A stretch of 64,000 nucleotides of DNA from an uncultured Candidatus Saccharibacteria bacterium (lineage in GTDB: Bacteria > Patescibacteriota > Minisyncoccia > Phycocordibacterales > PALSA-1337): assembly GCA_964459225.1 (NCBI GenBank), contig CAYWKB010000001.1, forward strand, positions 32,356 through 96,355. The letters run 5' to 3'. Shown piece by piece: positions 51,555-61,940 of this stretch (the stretch's first letter is position 1; each line of letters opens with the position of its first letter). A program made the position numbers and the translations under genes. A model generated the notes under the pieces. That model made no database searches, had not been told where the DNA came from, and worked only from the letters and a program-made list of their open reading frames with translations.

Positions 51555-52202
51555 TTAATCTTGTGATGATTGAAGTAGCATAATGTCTCCTTCTTTGCCT
51601 TCCAAATCCTTTTTCTTTAAAGTTAATTTGGCTTCTGGAGCTGGATTTTCACCTGCCTCCTTCAAAAATACTTTCAAAGCATCCTTTGAGCCGATTTCGC
51701 CATAATGCATTGGTATAATTATCTTAGGTTGCAAAGACACTGCAAACTTATATGCACGCGCAGGATCAAGTACTCCCTCACCACCAATAGGTACAAAAAG
51801 TATATCAATCTCATCAAGCGCCTCTATTGTTTCTGCTTTTAATTCAGTGACATTTATTGCACCTAGGAAGCAAATATTCATATTTTCAAGAGAAACAGTA
51901 TAAATAGTATTTATCGCATCACCATCACCCTTTATATCGTATCCTGACACTGATGGTAGACCTTTTATAAACACACCACCAACTTCGTATTCACCTGGGC
52001 CCTTTATAACAAAGGGCTTTTTGTCGCCATGAGTTACTTGATCAATGCCATTAAAATCCTCGTGATATCTGCTTATAAGCACAATATCAGCACCAAAACG
52101 CTTTGGACTTAGCTTTGACTCCTTTGAAATAGGATTAAAAGCTAGTGTTGTATCACCAAATTGCACCTTTAAAAATTCAGCTCCGAAATATGTAATAATC
52201 AT
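51555..52202 (-). CDS. metallo-beta-lactamase-fold hydrolase (UlaG/UPF0173-like)
   Basis: 215 aa, MBL-like beta-sandwich pattern. Confidence 0.45.
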   Translation of the reverse strand: MIITYFGAEFLKVQFGDTTLAFNPISKESKLSPKRFGADIVLISRYHEDFNGIDQVTHGDKKPFVIKGPGEYEVGGVFIKGLPSVSGYDIKGDGDAINTIYTVSLENMNICFLGAINVTELKAETIEALDEIDILFVPIGGEGVLDPARAYKFAVSLQPKIIIPMHYGEIGSKDALKVFLKEAGENPAPEAKLTLKKKDLEGKEGDIMLLQSSQD

Positions 52203-52250
52203 AATACTGTCATTTTAGCATAAAAATATGTTATCGTTAAACATATCAAT

Positions 52251-52925
52251 ATGCAGGAAAATACATGGGAAAATGAATACAGAGACCCCAAACTCATTAG
52301 TTTAAGTAATGAGCCAGCTAAGTGCGTAAAGGATTTTGTTAGATTTATAAGAAAGGATAGAAATCTCGAATTATCTAATTTAAATATTCTTGACCTGGGC
52401 TGTGGCAATGGCAAAAATAGCTTTTATATAAGTGAGCACGGTTTAAATAATAAAGTTTGTGGTATTGATATTTCAGAAACCGCAATCAAATACGCTCGTG
52501 AATTAAATAACAATGGTAATTTTATAAAAGGAAGTATTGGAAATAAATTACCTTTTGATAATGAGAGCTTTGATATTGTTTTAGATATCACCTCTTCAAA
52601 TTCACTTAGCGAGACTGAGAGACAAGTATATTTAAATGAAATAAAAAGAGTTATTAAGCCTAGTGGATATTTATTTATAAGAACACTTTGTAAAGACGGT
52701 GATCAAAATGCAAAAAATCTAATTGAAACATTTCCAGGAAAAGAAAAAGATACATATATAATGCCAGATATTAATCTGACCGAGAGAGTTTGGAGTAAGG
52801 AAGATTTACTCAACTATTATAGCGATTTTGAATTATTATATTTAAAAAAAGAAACACATTACACTAAATTTAATAATAGGTCTTATAAGAGGAATTTTTG
52901 GATAGGGTGTTTTGTTAGAAAGTAA
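52251..52925 (+). CDS. class I SAM-dependent methyltransferase
   Basis: ILDLGCGNGKNS motif I. Confidence 0.7.
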   Translation: MQENTWENEYRDPKLISLSNEPAKCVKDFVRFIRKDRNLELSNLNILDLGCGNGKNSFYISEHGLNNKVCGIDISETAIKYARELNNNGNFIKGSIGNKLPFDNESFDIVLDITSSNSLSETERQVYLNEIKRVIKPSGYLFIRTLCKDGDQNAKNLIETFPGKEKDTYIMPDINLTERVWSKEDLLNYYSDFELLYLKKETHYTKFNNRSYKRNFWIGCFVRK

Positions 52926-52952
52926 TTTATAGAACAATTAAATTATACAAAC

Positions 52953-52980
52953 AAAAATCCCGCCATAAGCGGGAGATTTG
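52953..52980. terminator. hairpin ATCCCGC-cataa-GCGGGAG-AT with flanking A/T runs (bidirectional, between MTase and pilin)
   Basis: read directly. Confidence 0.55.
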
Positions 52981-52999
52981 TAATATCTTTTAAAAAATA

Positions 53000-53473
53000 T
53001 TATGAACAGACCACAACTCCGCTACCTAAGTTTGCATTTCTTGATTCTGATTTACCTGAACTATCAACACACCAGAAACCTCCACTTGGAAGATTAGCTG
53101 ACACTGCCCATGCTGTTGCAGTTGCCTGACAACTTAGCAATGTTCCATTTGGCCATGCTCCTGCTGTACCAGTTACGGCAATCAAACCTGAAGCATTATC
53201 GATAAACATTCCACCAGTACATGGTAGAGCGGGTAAAGCCATAACTGAAGCAGCGTAACCATTATTATTCGCATTAGCAAACAGCTCAGCACCTGTTCTT
53301 ACAGTTGCAAGTTGCTCTTTAACTTTTGTATCACTAGCCTTGTTTCTCGCAGTTGAAAGTGAAGCCAAAACTACTGATGACAAGATACCGATGATTGCTA
53401 TAACAACTAGCAACTCGATCAATGTAAAACCTCTTTGTAAATATGTTTTATTCATAACGTATAAATTAACCAA
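53000..53473 (-). CDS. pilA: type IV major pilin (PilA-like); likely start MNKTYLQRGFTLIEL (7th codon of track ORF)
   Basis: GFTLIELLVVIAIIGIL class III signal + two C-terminal Cys. Confidence 0.85.
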   Translation of the reverse strand: MVNLYVMNKTYLQRGFTLIELLVVIAIIGILSSVVLASLSTARNKASDTKVKEQLATVRTGAELFANANNNGYAASVMALPALPCTGGMFIDNASGLIAVTGTAGAWPNGTLLSCQATATAWAVSANLPSGGFWCVDSSGKSESRNANLGSGVVVCS

Positions 53474-53536
53474 AAACTTATTAATAATTAAACTTATAGC
53501 TATAAGTATAGCAAATATAGAAATGTCTGTTAAACG

Positions 53537-53548
53537 TTATGTGGATAA
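53537..53548. promoter_or_regulatory. TTATGTGGATAA 12-mer (DnaA-box containing), copy 3, ~65-85 nt upstream of pilin start
   Basis: exact match to copies at 12250 and 43497. Confidence 0.5.
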
Positions 53549-53559
53549 ACTGTGCTTAT

Positions 53560-54768
53560 TTATTGTGCACTTGCAACGTTGTATATAGGTATAAGCACAG
53601 ATGCAAGAAGCACTGCTACTCCAGCACCGAGCATTACTATCATGGCAGGCTCTATAAGATCAACTAGAGCATCCACAGCAGTAGTTACCTCTCTTGAGTA
53701 AAACCTAGCTAATGTTTTTAATATATTTCCCAACTCTCCTGACTCTTCACCCACTTTCATCATTTGAATCATAATACCTGGTATTTCACCATTACCTGAA
53801 AGTGCCTCAGATACTGGCTTTCCTGCCTTTACAGCCTCAACTGATTCGCTTAATATCTTATTGTATATACTGTTGTTTATAACTGATGATGTAAGCTCTA
53901 ATGCTCTTATCATAGGGATTCCTGCAGCAAGCATTGTGTTCATATTGTCTGACAATCTTGACCAATATAATTTCCTAAATAGATTACCAATATATGGTAC
54001 TGCTAATTTAAATTTATCGAACATCAATGCACCTACTGGAGTTTTGATGTATTTATAAAGGAAAAATCCTCCAATAATAGCAACTCCAAGCACTATAAAA
54101 CCATAAGACACAAAGAAATTACTAATACCCAAAACTATCTGTGTGTATATCGGTATCTCTTGTCCTGAATCAACCAAGATAGAGCTTATCTTTGGTATAA
54201 CCATAGTGAACATAAGTATCATAACTGTAATAAATGTAAAGATAACGAATGCCGGATATATAAGCGCACTTTTTGCTTTTGAAACTAGCTCATATGTTCG
54301 GTCAAGATAATCTGCAAGATATGTAAATGTCTCATTTAACTTTCCAGATTCTTCACCTGCCTTTACCATACTAACGTAAAATTCTGAAAAGACTTTTGGA
54401 TGCTTCCCTAATGCTGCAGATATTTGACTACCTGATTGCAGGTCATCTGAAATTGTTATTAGTTTTGCACCTAGTACTTTGTTTTCACTTTCACTTGCCA
54501 AAAGTCTAAATATTCTAAGAGCTGAAACTTGTGCTTCAAAGAGTGTTGCTAATTGTCTTGAAAGTATCACAACATCCTTGTTTGATACTCTATCGAGCCA
54601 ATTGATATTCATATTCAGAAAGCCCTTTGCTTTGTCTGCTTCAACAATTGATGAAACAACTAGCCCCCTGCGTTGAAGTGATGCTATGGCAATATCTACA
54701 TTTGCCGCATCTATTGACCCTGACTTTATTGAACCATCTTGTTCTATTGTTTTATAATTAAAAAGCAT
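53560..54768 (-). CDS. pilC: type IV pilus assembly platform protein PilC (GspF family)
   Basis: 402 aa, duplicated GspF domain pattern. Confidence 0.85.
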   Translation of the reverse strand: MLFNYKTIEQDGSIKSGSIDAANVDIAIASLQRRGLVVSSIVEADKAKGFLNMNINWLDRVSNKDVVILSRQLATLFEAQVSALRIFRLLASESENKVLGAKLITISDDLQSGSQISAALGKHPKVFSEFYVSMVKAGEESGKLNETFTYLADYLDRTYELVSKAKSALIYPAFVIFTFITVMILMFTMVIPKISSILVDSGQEIPIYTQIVLGISNFFVSYGFIVLGVAIIGGFFLYKYIKTPVGALMFDKFKLAVPYIGNLFRKLYWSRLSDNMNTMLAAGIPMIRALELTSSVINNSIYNKILSESVEAVKAGKPVSEALSGNGEIPGIMIQMMKVGEESGELGNILKTLARFYSREVTTAVDALVDLIEPAMIVMLGAGVAVLLASVLIPIYNVASAQ

Positions 54769-54783
54769 AAATAAATTATATCA

Positions 54784-55842
54784 TTAAATCATTCTCTCCA
54801 ATGTCTTTGGATTAAATGAATTCAAATAAGCATTTTCAACAGATATTTCCCCTCTTCTTACAAGCTCTGCCAATGATCTGTTCATATCTATCATTCCTTC
54901 GCCTGAACTTGTTTCTATAACTGTATTTATTTCATGTATTCTTTTTTCTCTTATTAGATTTGCAACCGCACTATTACTTATGAGTAATTCATATGCAGGA
55001 ATTAGTCCACCTGAAATACGAGGGATTAATCTTTGTGAAAATATACCAGTCAAACTTCCTGCAAGTTGTACACGTATTTGATCTTGTTGACCACTTGGGA
55101 ATGAGTCAATAATACGATTGATTGTCTGTGCTGCGTTGTTTGTATGCAAAGTTGAAAAAACCAAATGCCCAGTTTCAGCGGCCGTAACCGCAGTTGCCAT
55201 AGTGTTGTTATCGCGCATTTCCCCCACCAAGCACACATCAATATCCTGTCTAAACATTGAGACTAATGCTCCGTTAAAATCAGGGGTGTCGCTTCTCACC
55301 TCTCTTTGATCGATTATAGATTTCTTTGATTCAAATAAATATTCTATTGGATCTTCAATGGTTAAAATATGTTCGCTTCTTGTTTGATTTATTAATTCAA
55401 TAAGTGATGCAAGAGTTGTAGTCTTTCCCTGTCCTATTGGACCCACAACCATAAAAAATCCCTGCTGTTTCCTAGTAAAAGTTTCAAGTATTGGAGGCAG
55501 ATTTAATTCAGCCAATGTCCTTATTGCTTTTGGTATAAGTCTAAGAGCGATAGAGATCACTCCTTGATGATAAAATGCATTTCCACGGAAACGTGTATTT
55601 GTTAGACTGTATGCAAAATCCACCTCTCTATTGTCCATTAATAGCTTTTGATTTTCTTCATTTAAAAATACTTTTAAAAAACCCTTCATATCCTCAGAGG
55701 TTAGCTCTGCTTTTTTAACTAGTGGTATGAGGCCACCAGATACACGCACAAGTGGATGTCTACCATCAGATAAGTGCAAATCCGATGCTCCCTCTTTTAC
55801 TAGCATGTCCACAAGTTCTTCAATTTGTTTTTTGTATTCCAT
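54784..55842 (-). CDS. pilT: twitching-motility retraction ATPase PilT
   Basis: 352 aa, GPIGQGKTTT Walker A. Confidence 0.8.
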   Translation of the reverse strand: MEYKKQIEELVDMLVKEGASDLHLSDGRHPLVRVSGGLIPLVKKAELTSEDMKGFLKVFLNEENQKLLMDNREVDFAYSLTNTRFRGNAFYHQGVISIALRLIPKAIRTLAELNLPPILETFTRKQQGFFMVVGPIGQGKTTTLASLIELINQTRSEHILTIEDPIEYLFESKKSIIDQREVRSDTPDFNGALVSMFRQDIDVCLVGEMRDNNTMATAVTAAETGHLVFSTLHTNNAAQTINRIIDSFPSGQQDQIRVQLAGSLTGIFSQRLIPRISGGLIPAYELLISNSAVANLIREKRIHEINTVIETSSGEGMIDMNRSLAELVRRGEISVENAYLNSFNPKTLERMI

Positions 55843-55859
55843 ATTTTTAAATGATTATT

Positions 55860-56258
55860 TTATTTACTTTTTTTCAAAGAATCGTATATCTTCATAACCT
55901 CACCCATAACTTCCGACGGAACCGTAGTTGCCTTTATTATATACCCATCTGCATTTAATTTCTTTGCTTTTGCAATATCATCTGGTAATCCCTGATTTGT
56001 AAGCATTATTATTACAGTATTTTTGATTAATTCTTCCTTTCTAATCGTACCTAAAAGCTCTATACCATTGATACCTGGTATCACCACATCTATAAGCATT
56101 ATATCTGGTGACAATCCATCCCTTAGCATTTTTAATGCTGTTTCCCCATCCTGTGCTGTATGAATATCAAAATTATTTTTTGAAAACTTAATAATATACA
56201 TATCAAGCAAAAACTTATCGTCATCTACAAATAGTATTGAAAGTTTTTTGTTTTCCAT
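55860..56258 (-). CDS. stand-alone response-regulator receiver domain (CheY/PilH-like)
   Basis: ILFVDDD...LIDVVIPGINGIEL... Confidence 0.75.
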   Translation of the reverse strand: MENKKLSILFVDDDKFLLDMYIIKFSKNNFDIHTAQDGETALKMLRDGLSPDIMLIDVVIPGINGIELLGTIRKEELIKNTVIIMLTNQGLPDDIAKAKKLNADGYIIKATTVPSEVMGEVMKIYDSLKKSK

Positions 56259-56276
56259 AATGTATTGATTATATCA

Positions 56277-57992
56277 TTAAAGTTTATTCACTTCTTCAAA
56301 AGGTATTGCTCTTTCAAAAGCTTTTATCATTGCATCCTCTTTCATTGTTAGCATTCCTTTTTGTCTTAATAACTGACTAATTTCCATTTCTGTTGGACTT
56401 TTGAGTATTGCATTTTCAATATCCTTATCCATTTTAAATACTTCAAATACAGCCATTCTTCCTCTTGTACCTCTTGGACAATCTGAAGTTGGGTTTATAG
56501 CATATACTGTATCTGAAAATGGTATTTCCTTTTTGTATTGTTCAGGTAAATCTGCAAATTGTTTATCTATTATCATTTTAATACTTCCTTCAACTGGTAC
56601 AGGTTTTCCTCCGCCTGTTGGTAGCTTACCGACTAGTCTTTGTCCAATTGCAAGTATAAGTGTTGGCGCGATAAGATATGGATCAACTCCCATGTCTATA
56701 AGACGAGGTATAACTCCTGCAACATTATTTGTGTGTAGAGTTGAAAACACAAGGTGGCCGGTAAGCGCAGCTTGCACTGCAAGCTGCGCAGTTTCTTTAT
56801 CTCGAATCTCTCCCACCATGATTACATCTGGGTCCTGACGAAGTGTTGTTCTAAGTCCAGATGCAAATGTATAACCAATTTCAGGATGAACTTGTGACTG
56901 ACTTACGCCATCCATATTGTATTCGATAGGGTCTTCAAGTGAGAGCACATTTGAACCTTCCTTATCAACATCATTTAACATGGAATACAGTGTGGTTGAC
57001 TTACCGGATCCTGTAGGGCCTGTTATAAGTATAAGTCCGTATGGTCTTTGAATTGCATTTTTAATTGCATCCAGATTTTTCTTAGTTAAACCCATTTCAT
57101 CCAATCTCTTTACGCCCTTTTCTTGATCCAAAATACGCATCACGACCTTTTCACCGTAATACGCTGGGAATGTTGATACACGAAAATCTATTTTTCTTCC
57201 ATCAATACGTGCTGAAAATCTTCCGTCTTGTGGCTTTCTTTTTTCATCCAATTTCATATTTGAAAGAACTTTAATACGCGCAACCACAGCATCATGCACT
57301 TGTGGTGGAAGCACCAAACTAGTATTTAAAGTTCCATCAACACGGAATCTTACACGTATTTTGTCACGCATATGTTCAATATGCACATCTGATGCTTCCC
57401 CTTCGGTTGCATATCTAACAATTGTCGCCACTATCTTAACAACTGGCGCATCCTCAATAATTATTGCATCTGTTTTCTTTTCTACCTTACTATCTTTTGT
57501 GTTTATTGCATCATTTACATCAACTGAAAGTACTGATTCGAGCTCTGTTAATGCTTTTGAAACCTCACCACCGATGCCTTTATATGATTTTATTACCTTA
57601 TCAAAATCTTCAGATGTTATTAAAAATACTTTATATGGAATATTATTTTTAGCAGTAATAAAGTTAAGTGCATCTCTCGCTTCTATATTGTCCGGATTAA
57701 CTATTCCAACCTCCAATGTGCCATCCTTTAAACCTATAGGTACAAATTTGTAATGTAATGCTGATTCTTCTGGTACATAATCCAATGCTTCAAAAGGAAC
57801 CGAAGCATCTGCCAAACTTCTAACTGGTATATTTAAATATTCTCCATGAGCAGCAAGAATATCAGTAGGTAATACTCCCTGTTCTTGTAAAGCTTGATCT
57901 ATAGTTGCACCATCTGCAACTCTCTTATCAATCTCTTTTATTGCATCTTTTGTTATAAGATTTTTTTCTAATAAGATGTCAATTACACTCAT
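56277..57992 (-). CDS. pilB: type IV pilus assembly ATPase PilB (GspE family)
   Basis: GPTGSGKSTTLYSML Walker A, 571 aa. Confidence 0.85.
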   Translation of the reverse strand: MSVIDILLEKNLITKDAIKEIDKRVADGATIDQALQEQGVLPTDILAAHGEYLNIPVRSLADASVPFEALDYVPEESALHYKFVPIGLKDGTLEVGIVNPDNIEARDALNFITAKNNIPYKVFLITSEDFDKVIKSYKGIGGEVSKALTELESVLSVDVNDAINTKDSKVEKKTDAIIIEDAPVVKIVATIVRYATEGEASDVHIEHMRDKIRVRFRVDGTLNTSLVLPPQVHDAVVARIKVLSNMKLDEKRKPQDGRFSARIDGRKIDFRVSTFPAYYGEKVVMRILDQEKGVKRLDEMGLTKKNLDAIKNAIQRPYGLILITGPTGSGKSTTLYSMLNDVDKEGSNVLSLEDPIEYNMDGVSQSQVHPEIGYTFASGLRTTLRQDPDVIMVGEIRDKETAQLAVQAALTGHLVFSTLHTNNVAGVIPRLIDMGVDPYLIAPTLILAIGQRLVGKLPTGGGKPVPVEGSIKMIIDKQFADLPEQYKKEIPFSDTVYAINPTSDCPRGTRGRMAVFEVFKMDKDIENAILKSPTEMEISQLLRQKGMLTMKEDAMIKAFERAIPFEEVNKL

Positions 57993-58003
57993 GTTTTTAT
58001 TTA

Positions 58004-58363
58004 TTATCTCTTTGAAGTACTGACACTAGATTCAGTAACTCCTGGAATAGGGGCAAATGGATTTGGTCTACCAATATTTTGTTCTGGAATTGCGACTGTA
58101 TAATCTACAAGTGATTTATATACAGAAGTTTTAAATATTGAATCATTTATTTCTAGTGAACTTATTTGATTTAATAATTTTACAACTCTGTCACTTGCTG
58201 CTTTTGCTTCATTTGATTCTGAATCTCCTGATGTTTCAAGTGATGAAATACTATCTGAGCTTGGTTTACCCTTAAAATAAAAGAAAAGCATAATACTAAT
58301 AAAAATAATCACTATTAGTATTATCATTGTTCCCTTTGAATTTTGTGATTGATTTTGTTGCAT
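58004..58363 (-). CDS. pilus assembly membrane protein (PilP-like position), hypothetical
   Basis: 119 aa, N-terminal TM; within pil cluster. Confidence 0.35.
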   Translation of the reverse strand: MQQNQSQNSKGTMIILIVIIFISIMLFFYFKGKPSSDSISSLETSGDSESNEAKAASDRVVKLLNQISSLEINDSIFKTSVYKSLVDYTVAIPEQNIGRPNPFAPIPGVTESSVSTSKR

Positions 58364-58367
58364 AATA

Positions 58368-58961
58368 TTATTGTTTTAACCAATATGTTTTTATTTCAAC
58401 ATCATATGTGTAAGCACCTGACTCCCCAACTGTTAACTGTATTTTTGATACATCCATAATTCTAAGACTTGCCTCCAAATCAGTTAAAAAGTCCTTGAAC
58501 GCTTCATAATTACTTACAACAGTAAATGTAAGTGTCATAGTATTGTACACTGACTGATTTGACGCTGAAGCATTTGCACCTAACTGCTGAGCACTCGCTA
58601 TTGAAGCTTGATTACTTAATCCTGCTGAATCATTTGCATTTGATGCCACTGTTTTAACATTTTTAACGACTATTCCATGTTTTGCCGCAACTGAATTTGT
58701 ATCAATAATTAATCTAACATTATCAATATTATCTGGGATTAATTTTTCTAGATTTTCCCTATCAACAATATCGAGTTTATTGTAATTTGCTATAACATTA
58801 TCTCTAACTTTTATAAGTTTTTGTGAATTATCCAATGCTTGTGCATATACAGCATTTACCGCTCTTACAGATTTGATTTCATCAAATTTGATTCTAGTAA
58901 AAGTAAAGTACACTCCTATTGCCAAGACTATTAGTATGATTGGTGTAAGATTTTTATTCAT
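58368..58961 (-). CDS. PilO-like pilus assembly protein
   Basis: 197 aa, N-TM + coiled coil; cluster position. Confidence 0.45.
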   Translation of the reverse strand: MNKNLTPIILIVLAIGVYFTFTRIKFDEIKSVRAVNAVYAQALDNSQKLIKVRDNVIANYNKLDIVDRENLEKLIPDNIDNVRLIIDTNSVAAKHGIVVKNVKTVASNANDSAGLSNQASIASAQQLGANASASNQSVYNTMTLTFTVVSNYEAFKDFLTDLEASLRIMDVSKIQLTVGESGAYTYDVEIKTYWLKQ

Positions 58962-58962
58962 A

Positions 58963-59610
58963 TTAATTTGATTCTTGATTATCTGTTACAGTCATTGATT
59001 CCTCTAATTTCCTCTCATAGGAAACTTCAGACGGATCTACATAGGCGGTAAATGTAAAGTTTACATTTCCAAAATCATCTAGTACAAGATCAGACATCAC
59101 AGGATTTTTAATTATTTTATTTTTACCAAACTTTGATGATTGACCAAAGACATCTGATTGAAATGCAATTGCACTAAAACTACTTCCTATACCCTTCATA
59201 ACTATTTTAATTAAATCCCCGTCTTTAGCTGGTGCTGTATATGTAAATGTTTTAAATCTTATTCCCTCAATAGTTAATGAACTAATTATATTAAATATTT
59301 CGGATACTGCTAGGTGATTTTTCAAAAGCTTTTTACCTAAATCTATTTTAGTATTTACTTTTTTGAGCTTTTCAATTGTCTTTGTATCAAAAGCTTCTTC
59401 TGCTTTTCTTAGATTTGCTATATAGCTTTCCTGACTTTTAGTTAAAATACTTTTCCAAACAACAGCTCCAATAGCAACAGAAAGAGAAACAATAAAGATC
59501 AAAACAGAGATAAACATAAAGATGCTTATGTTTGCACCTCCCTTTACGACTTTTTGTTCTGCAAGTATTGGCTTCTTAGGAATGAACGATGTTTGGAATT
59601 TTGTATCCAT
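58963..59610 (-). CDS. PilN-like pilus assembly protein
   Basis: 215 aa, basic N-terminus + single TM; downstream of pilM. Confidence 0.45.
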   Translation of the reverse strand: MDTKFQTSFIPKKPILAEQKVVKGGANISIFMFISVLIFIVSLSVAIGAVVWKSILTKSQESYIANLRKAEEAFDTKTIEKLKKVNTKIDLGKKLLKNHLAVSEIFNIISSLTIEGIRFKTFTYTAPAKDGDLIKIVMKGIGSSFSAIAFQSDVFGQSSKFGKNKIIKNPVMSDLVLDDFGNVNFTFTAYVDPSEVSYERKLEESMTVTDNQESN

Positions 59611-59628
59611 TGCAATAATTATAGTTGA

Positions 59629-60771
59629 TTATTCTATTTCAGACAATCGTCTTAATGCACACCCTATCGCAACCGCAAATTCTGGACCCGCTTCACTGAA
59701 TTGTTCATTCAAAAATGCTGGAGTTTCTAGTTTACTAAATGGATTTGCATAGATTATTTCGGTTTGAAAGCTTATCTTTGCTAAGTCAACAAAACCTTTT
59801 AACAATACACCTCCTCCTGTAAGTATTACTTTACTGATATTTTTAGAGTACTTTTTTTGATATGCAAACATTGTTGTATTTGCCTCATAAAAAATATAAT
59901 CCAAATTAACAGTTATGATTTCAGTTAATTCTTTGTATTCTGGGCCTCCTTTTAGACCGTACGCCCTCTTCATACTTTCAGCTTCATTTACACTTATGCT
60001 TAATGATTTTGAAATGGCCAAAGTAATATCTTGTGCACCACGATTGATAATATGTGATGATTTCAATAAACCTCTTTCAATAATGTATAGCTTAGTTGAT
60101 CTCGCCCCCATATCCACAACCATCATTGCATTTACGCCAGGCTCAACAACTGCGCGTATTGAACTAAATATTTCAATTTCGAAAAAAGATGTTTGAAGTC
60201 CTGTTGATGTAACAATTGATTGATAGTTATTTACATACTCATTGTGAATAGCAACAACCAAAACATCCTGTGATTGATTTACTGCTTTATTATTTTCATC
60301 CCTTTTTTCAATATCAGGATCCTCTGGTGGATAATTGTCTTCACGTGGAATAATAGAATAATCAAGCATTACCTCACTCATTGGAACTGGAATATATTTG
60401 CGCGCTTCAAGAGCGATGACTTCTGGTAATTGCTTTTCAGGTACTGGCGGAATAGTTATAAAACTAATTAGACTAGATGATAGTGGCAATGCCATACCAG
60501 ATTCAGTTGTTGTAGTCTTTGCTTCACGCAAAATATCTTTTAATGCCTCAATAATCTTGTCATTAGTGAGACTTGTTGATCTACCCACCTCGATTCCAGC
60601 ATAAGGACCTAGGGCTAGTTCACCATAAGTTTCAAGTACTGCCTTGCCCCTTTTCTTTTTGATTTGTACAACTTTTATAGCAGATGAACCAATATCAATA
60701 CCCAAAACGCTTTGACTTTTTTTAGAAAACAATGACATCACACTGCCAAATAAGTCTTTTATAGAATTCAT
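59629..60771 (-). CDS. pilM: type IV pilus assembly protein PilM (actin-like ATPase)
   Basis: VLGIDIGSSAIKVVQI N-terminus; TATAAT 8 nt before ATG. Confidence 0.8.
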   Translation of the reverse strand: MNSIKDLFGSVMSLFSKKSQSVLGIDIGSSAIKVVQIKKKRGKAVLETYGELALGPYAGIEVGRSTSLTNDKIIEALKDILREAKTTTTESGMALPLSSSLISFITIPPVPEKQLPEVIALEARKYIPVPMSEVMLDYSIIPREDNYPPEDPDIEKRDENNKAVNQSQDVLVVAIHNEYVNNYQSIVTSTGLQTSFFEIEIFSSIRAVVEPGVNAMMVVDMGARSTKLYIIERGLLKSSHIINRGAQDITLAISKSLSISVNEAESMKRAYGLKGGPEYKELTEIITVNLDYIFYEANTTMFAYQKKYSKNISKVILTGGGVLLKGFVDLAKISFQTEIIYANPFSKLETPAFLNEQFSEAGPEFAVAIGCALRRLSEIE

Positions 60772-60804
60772 AAAATATATTATAGCATAATTATATAGTG
60801 TAAA

Positions 60805-61443
60805 ATGACTGCAATGAATAAAATTATCGAAATAGTACTAGATTATATTTTCCCTCCAAACACTGAGGAGTTGTTATTACGTAATCTGAACGAACAACAA
60901 GTCTATACTAAATACAGGCAATACAATAATGATCATCCATTAACACATAGTATTTTCCCATATAAAGACAAATTTATTAAAGAATTAGTCTGGCAAATAA
61001 AATACAAAAGAAATCAACATGCAATAAAATGTGCAGGCTATGCATTGTACAGTGAAATTATTAAATATATTAATGAAAATAAAATAGAAAAAGTTGTACT
61101 GATACCAATTCCTATTTCAAAAGCAAGACGAAATGAAAGAGGCTACAATCAATGTGAATTAATAATAGATGAAATTATTAAATACGATACCGACAATATA
61201 TTAAAAAAAGATTATACAAGTTTAATCAGATCAAAAGATATTGATAAACAAACGCATAAAAATAGAAATGAGAGATTAGAAAATTCAAAAGATATTTTTG
61301 AATTAAAAAATAATTTACCCAATGATTATCAAATCATAATAATAGATGATGTAACAACCACAGGTAGTACATTGGCAAATGTTCGAAATGCAATAAATAA
61401 ATCAGGAGAAAGAGATGTATTGGCTTTTACTTTGGCTCATTAA
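60805..61443 (+). CDS. comF: ComF-family phosphoribosyltransferase-domain protein (no N-terminal Zn finger)
   Basis: IPIPISKARRNERGYNQ and IIIIDDVTTTGSTL PRTase motifs. Confidence 0.75.
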   Translation: MTAMNKIIEIVLDYIFPPNTEELLLRNLNEQQVYTKYRQYNNDHPLTHSIFPYKDKFIKELVWQIKYKRNQHAIKCAGYALYSEIIKYINENKIEKVVLIPIPISKARRNERGYNQCELIIDEIIKYDTDNILKKDYTSLIRSKDIDKQTHKNRNERLENSKDIFELKNNLPNDYQIIIIDDVTTTGSTLANVRNAINKSGERDVLAFTLAH

Positions 61444-61711
61444 CCTTTTTCTTATTCCAAATATCTACCACAAAATACAAATATATAAGCTCAAGAATTC
61501 CCATAGTATTTATTAGAAGTAGTGCAATAAACCATCCCTTTTCATTTCTTTTTGCTGCATGCCATAATGCATAACCCTTAAGTATAATAGACGCAATAGT
61601 TAATAAGAAAAATAGAAAAGCTCCTAATGCAAATAGACCAAAACCCATACCAAGCATTGGTAATCCAAAACCAAATTCATGAGCACCAGCAATAAAATTA
61701 TTTGTCATCAT
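61427..61711 (-). CDS. small membrane protein, hypothetical
   Basis: 94 aa, 2-3 TM. Confidence 0.35.
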   Translation of the reverse strand: MMTNNFIAGAHEFGFGLPMLGMGFGLFALGAFLFFLLTIASIILKGYALWHAAKRNEKGWFIALLLINTMGILELIYLYFVVDIWNKKKVNEPK

Positions 61712-61754
61712 ATTTAACTATTATATCACAAATTAACATTACCCATCACAGACC

Positions 61755-61787
61755 AAACAAAAGACTAAAACAATCTAGTCTTTTGTT
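61755..61787. terminator. 13-bp-stem hairpin AAACAAAAGACTA-aaacaatc-TAGTCTTTTGTTT at AT-rich/GC-rich boundary
   Basis: read directly. Confidence 0.5.
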
Positions 61788-61940
61788 TTGTTGCGGGCAT
61801 CGTGGGTTCAGTACCAAAGCAGTGAGACACCGTAAGGGTATTTTAGCAGACTTTTGGAGGTTGAAATGAGGTATGTGGGTCGGGGTCTGCTTTACAGATT
61901 TTGACAAGTTAAAAGCCTAGCTCACGGATCGAACGTGATA

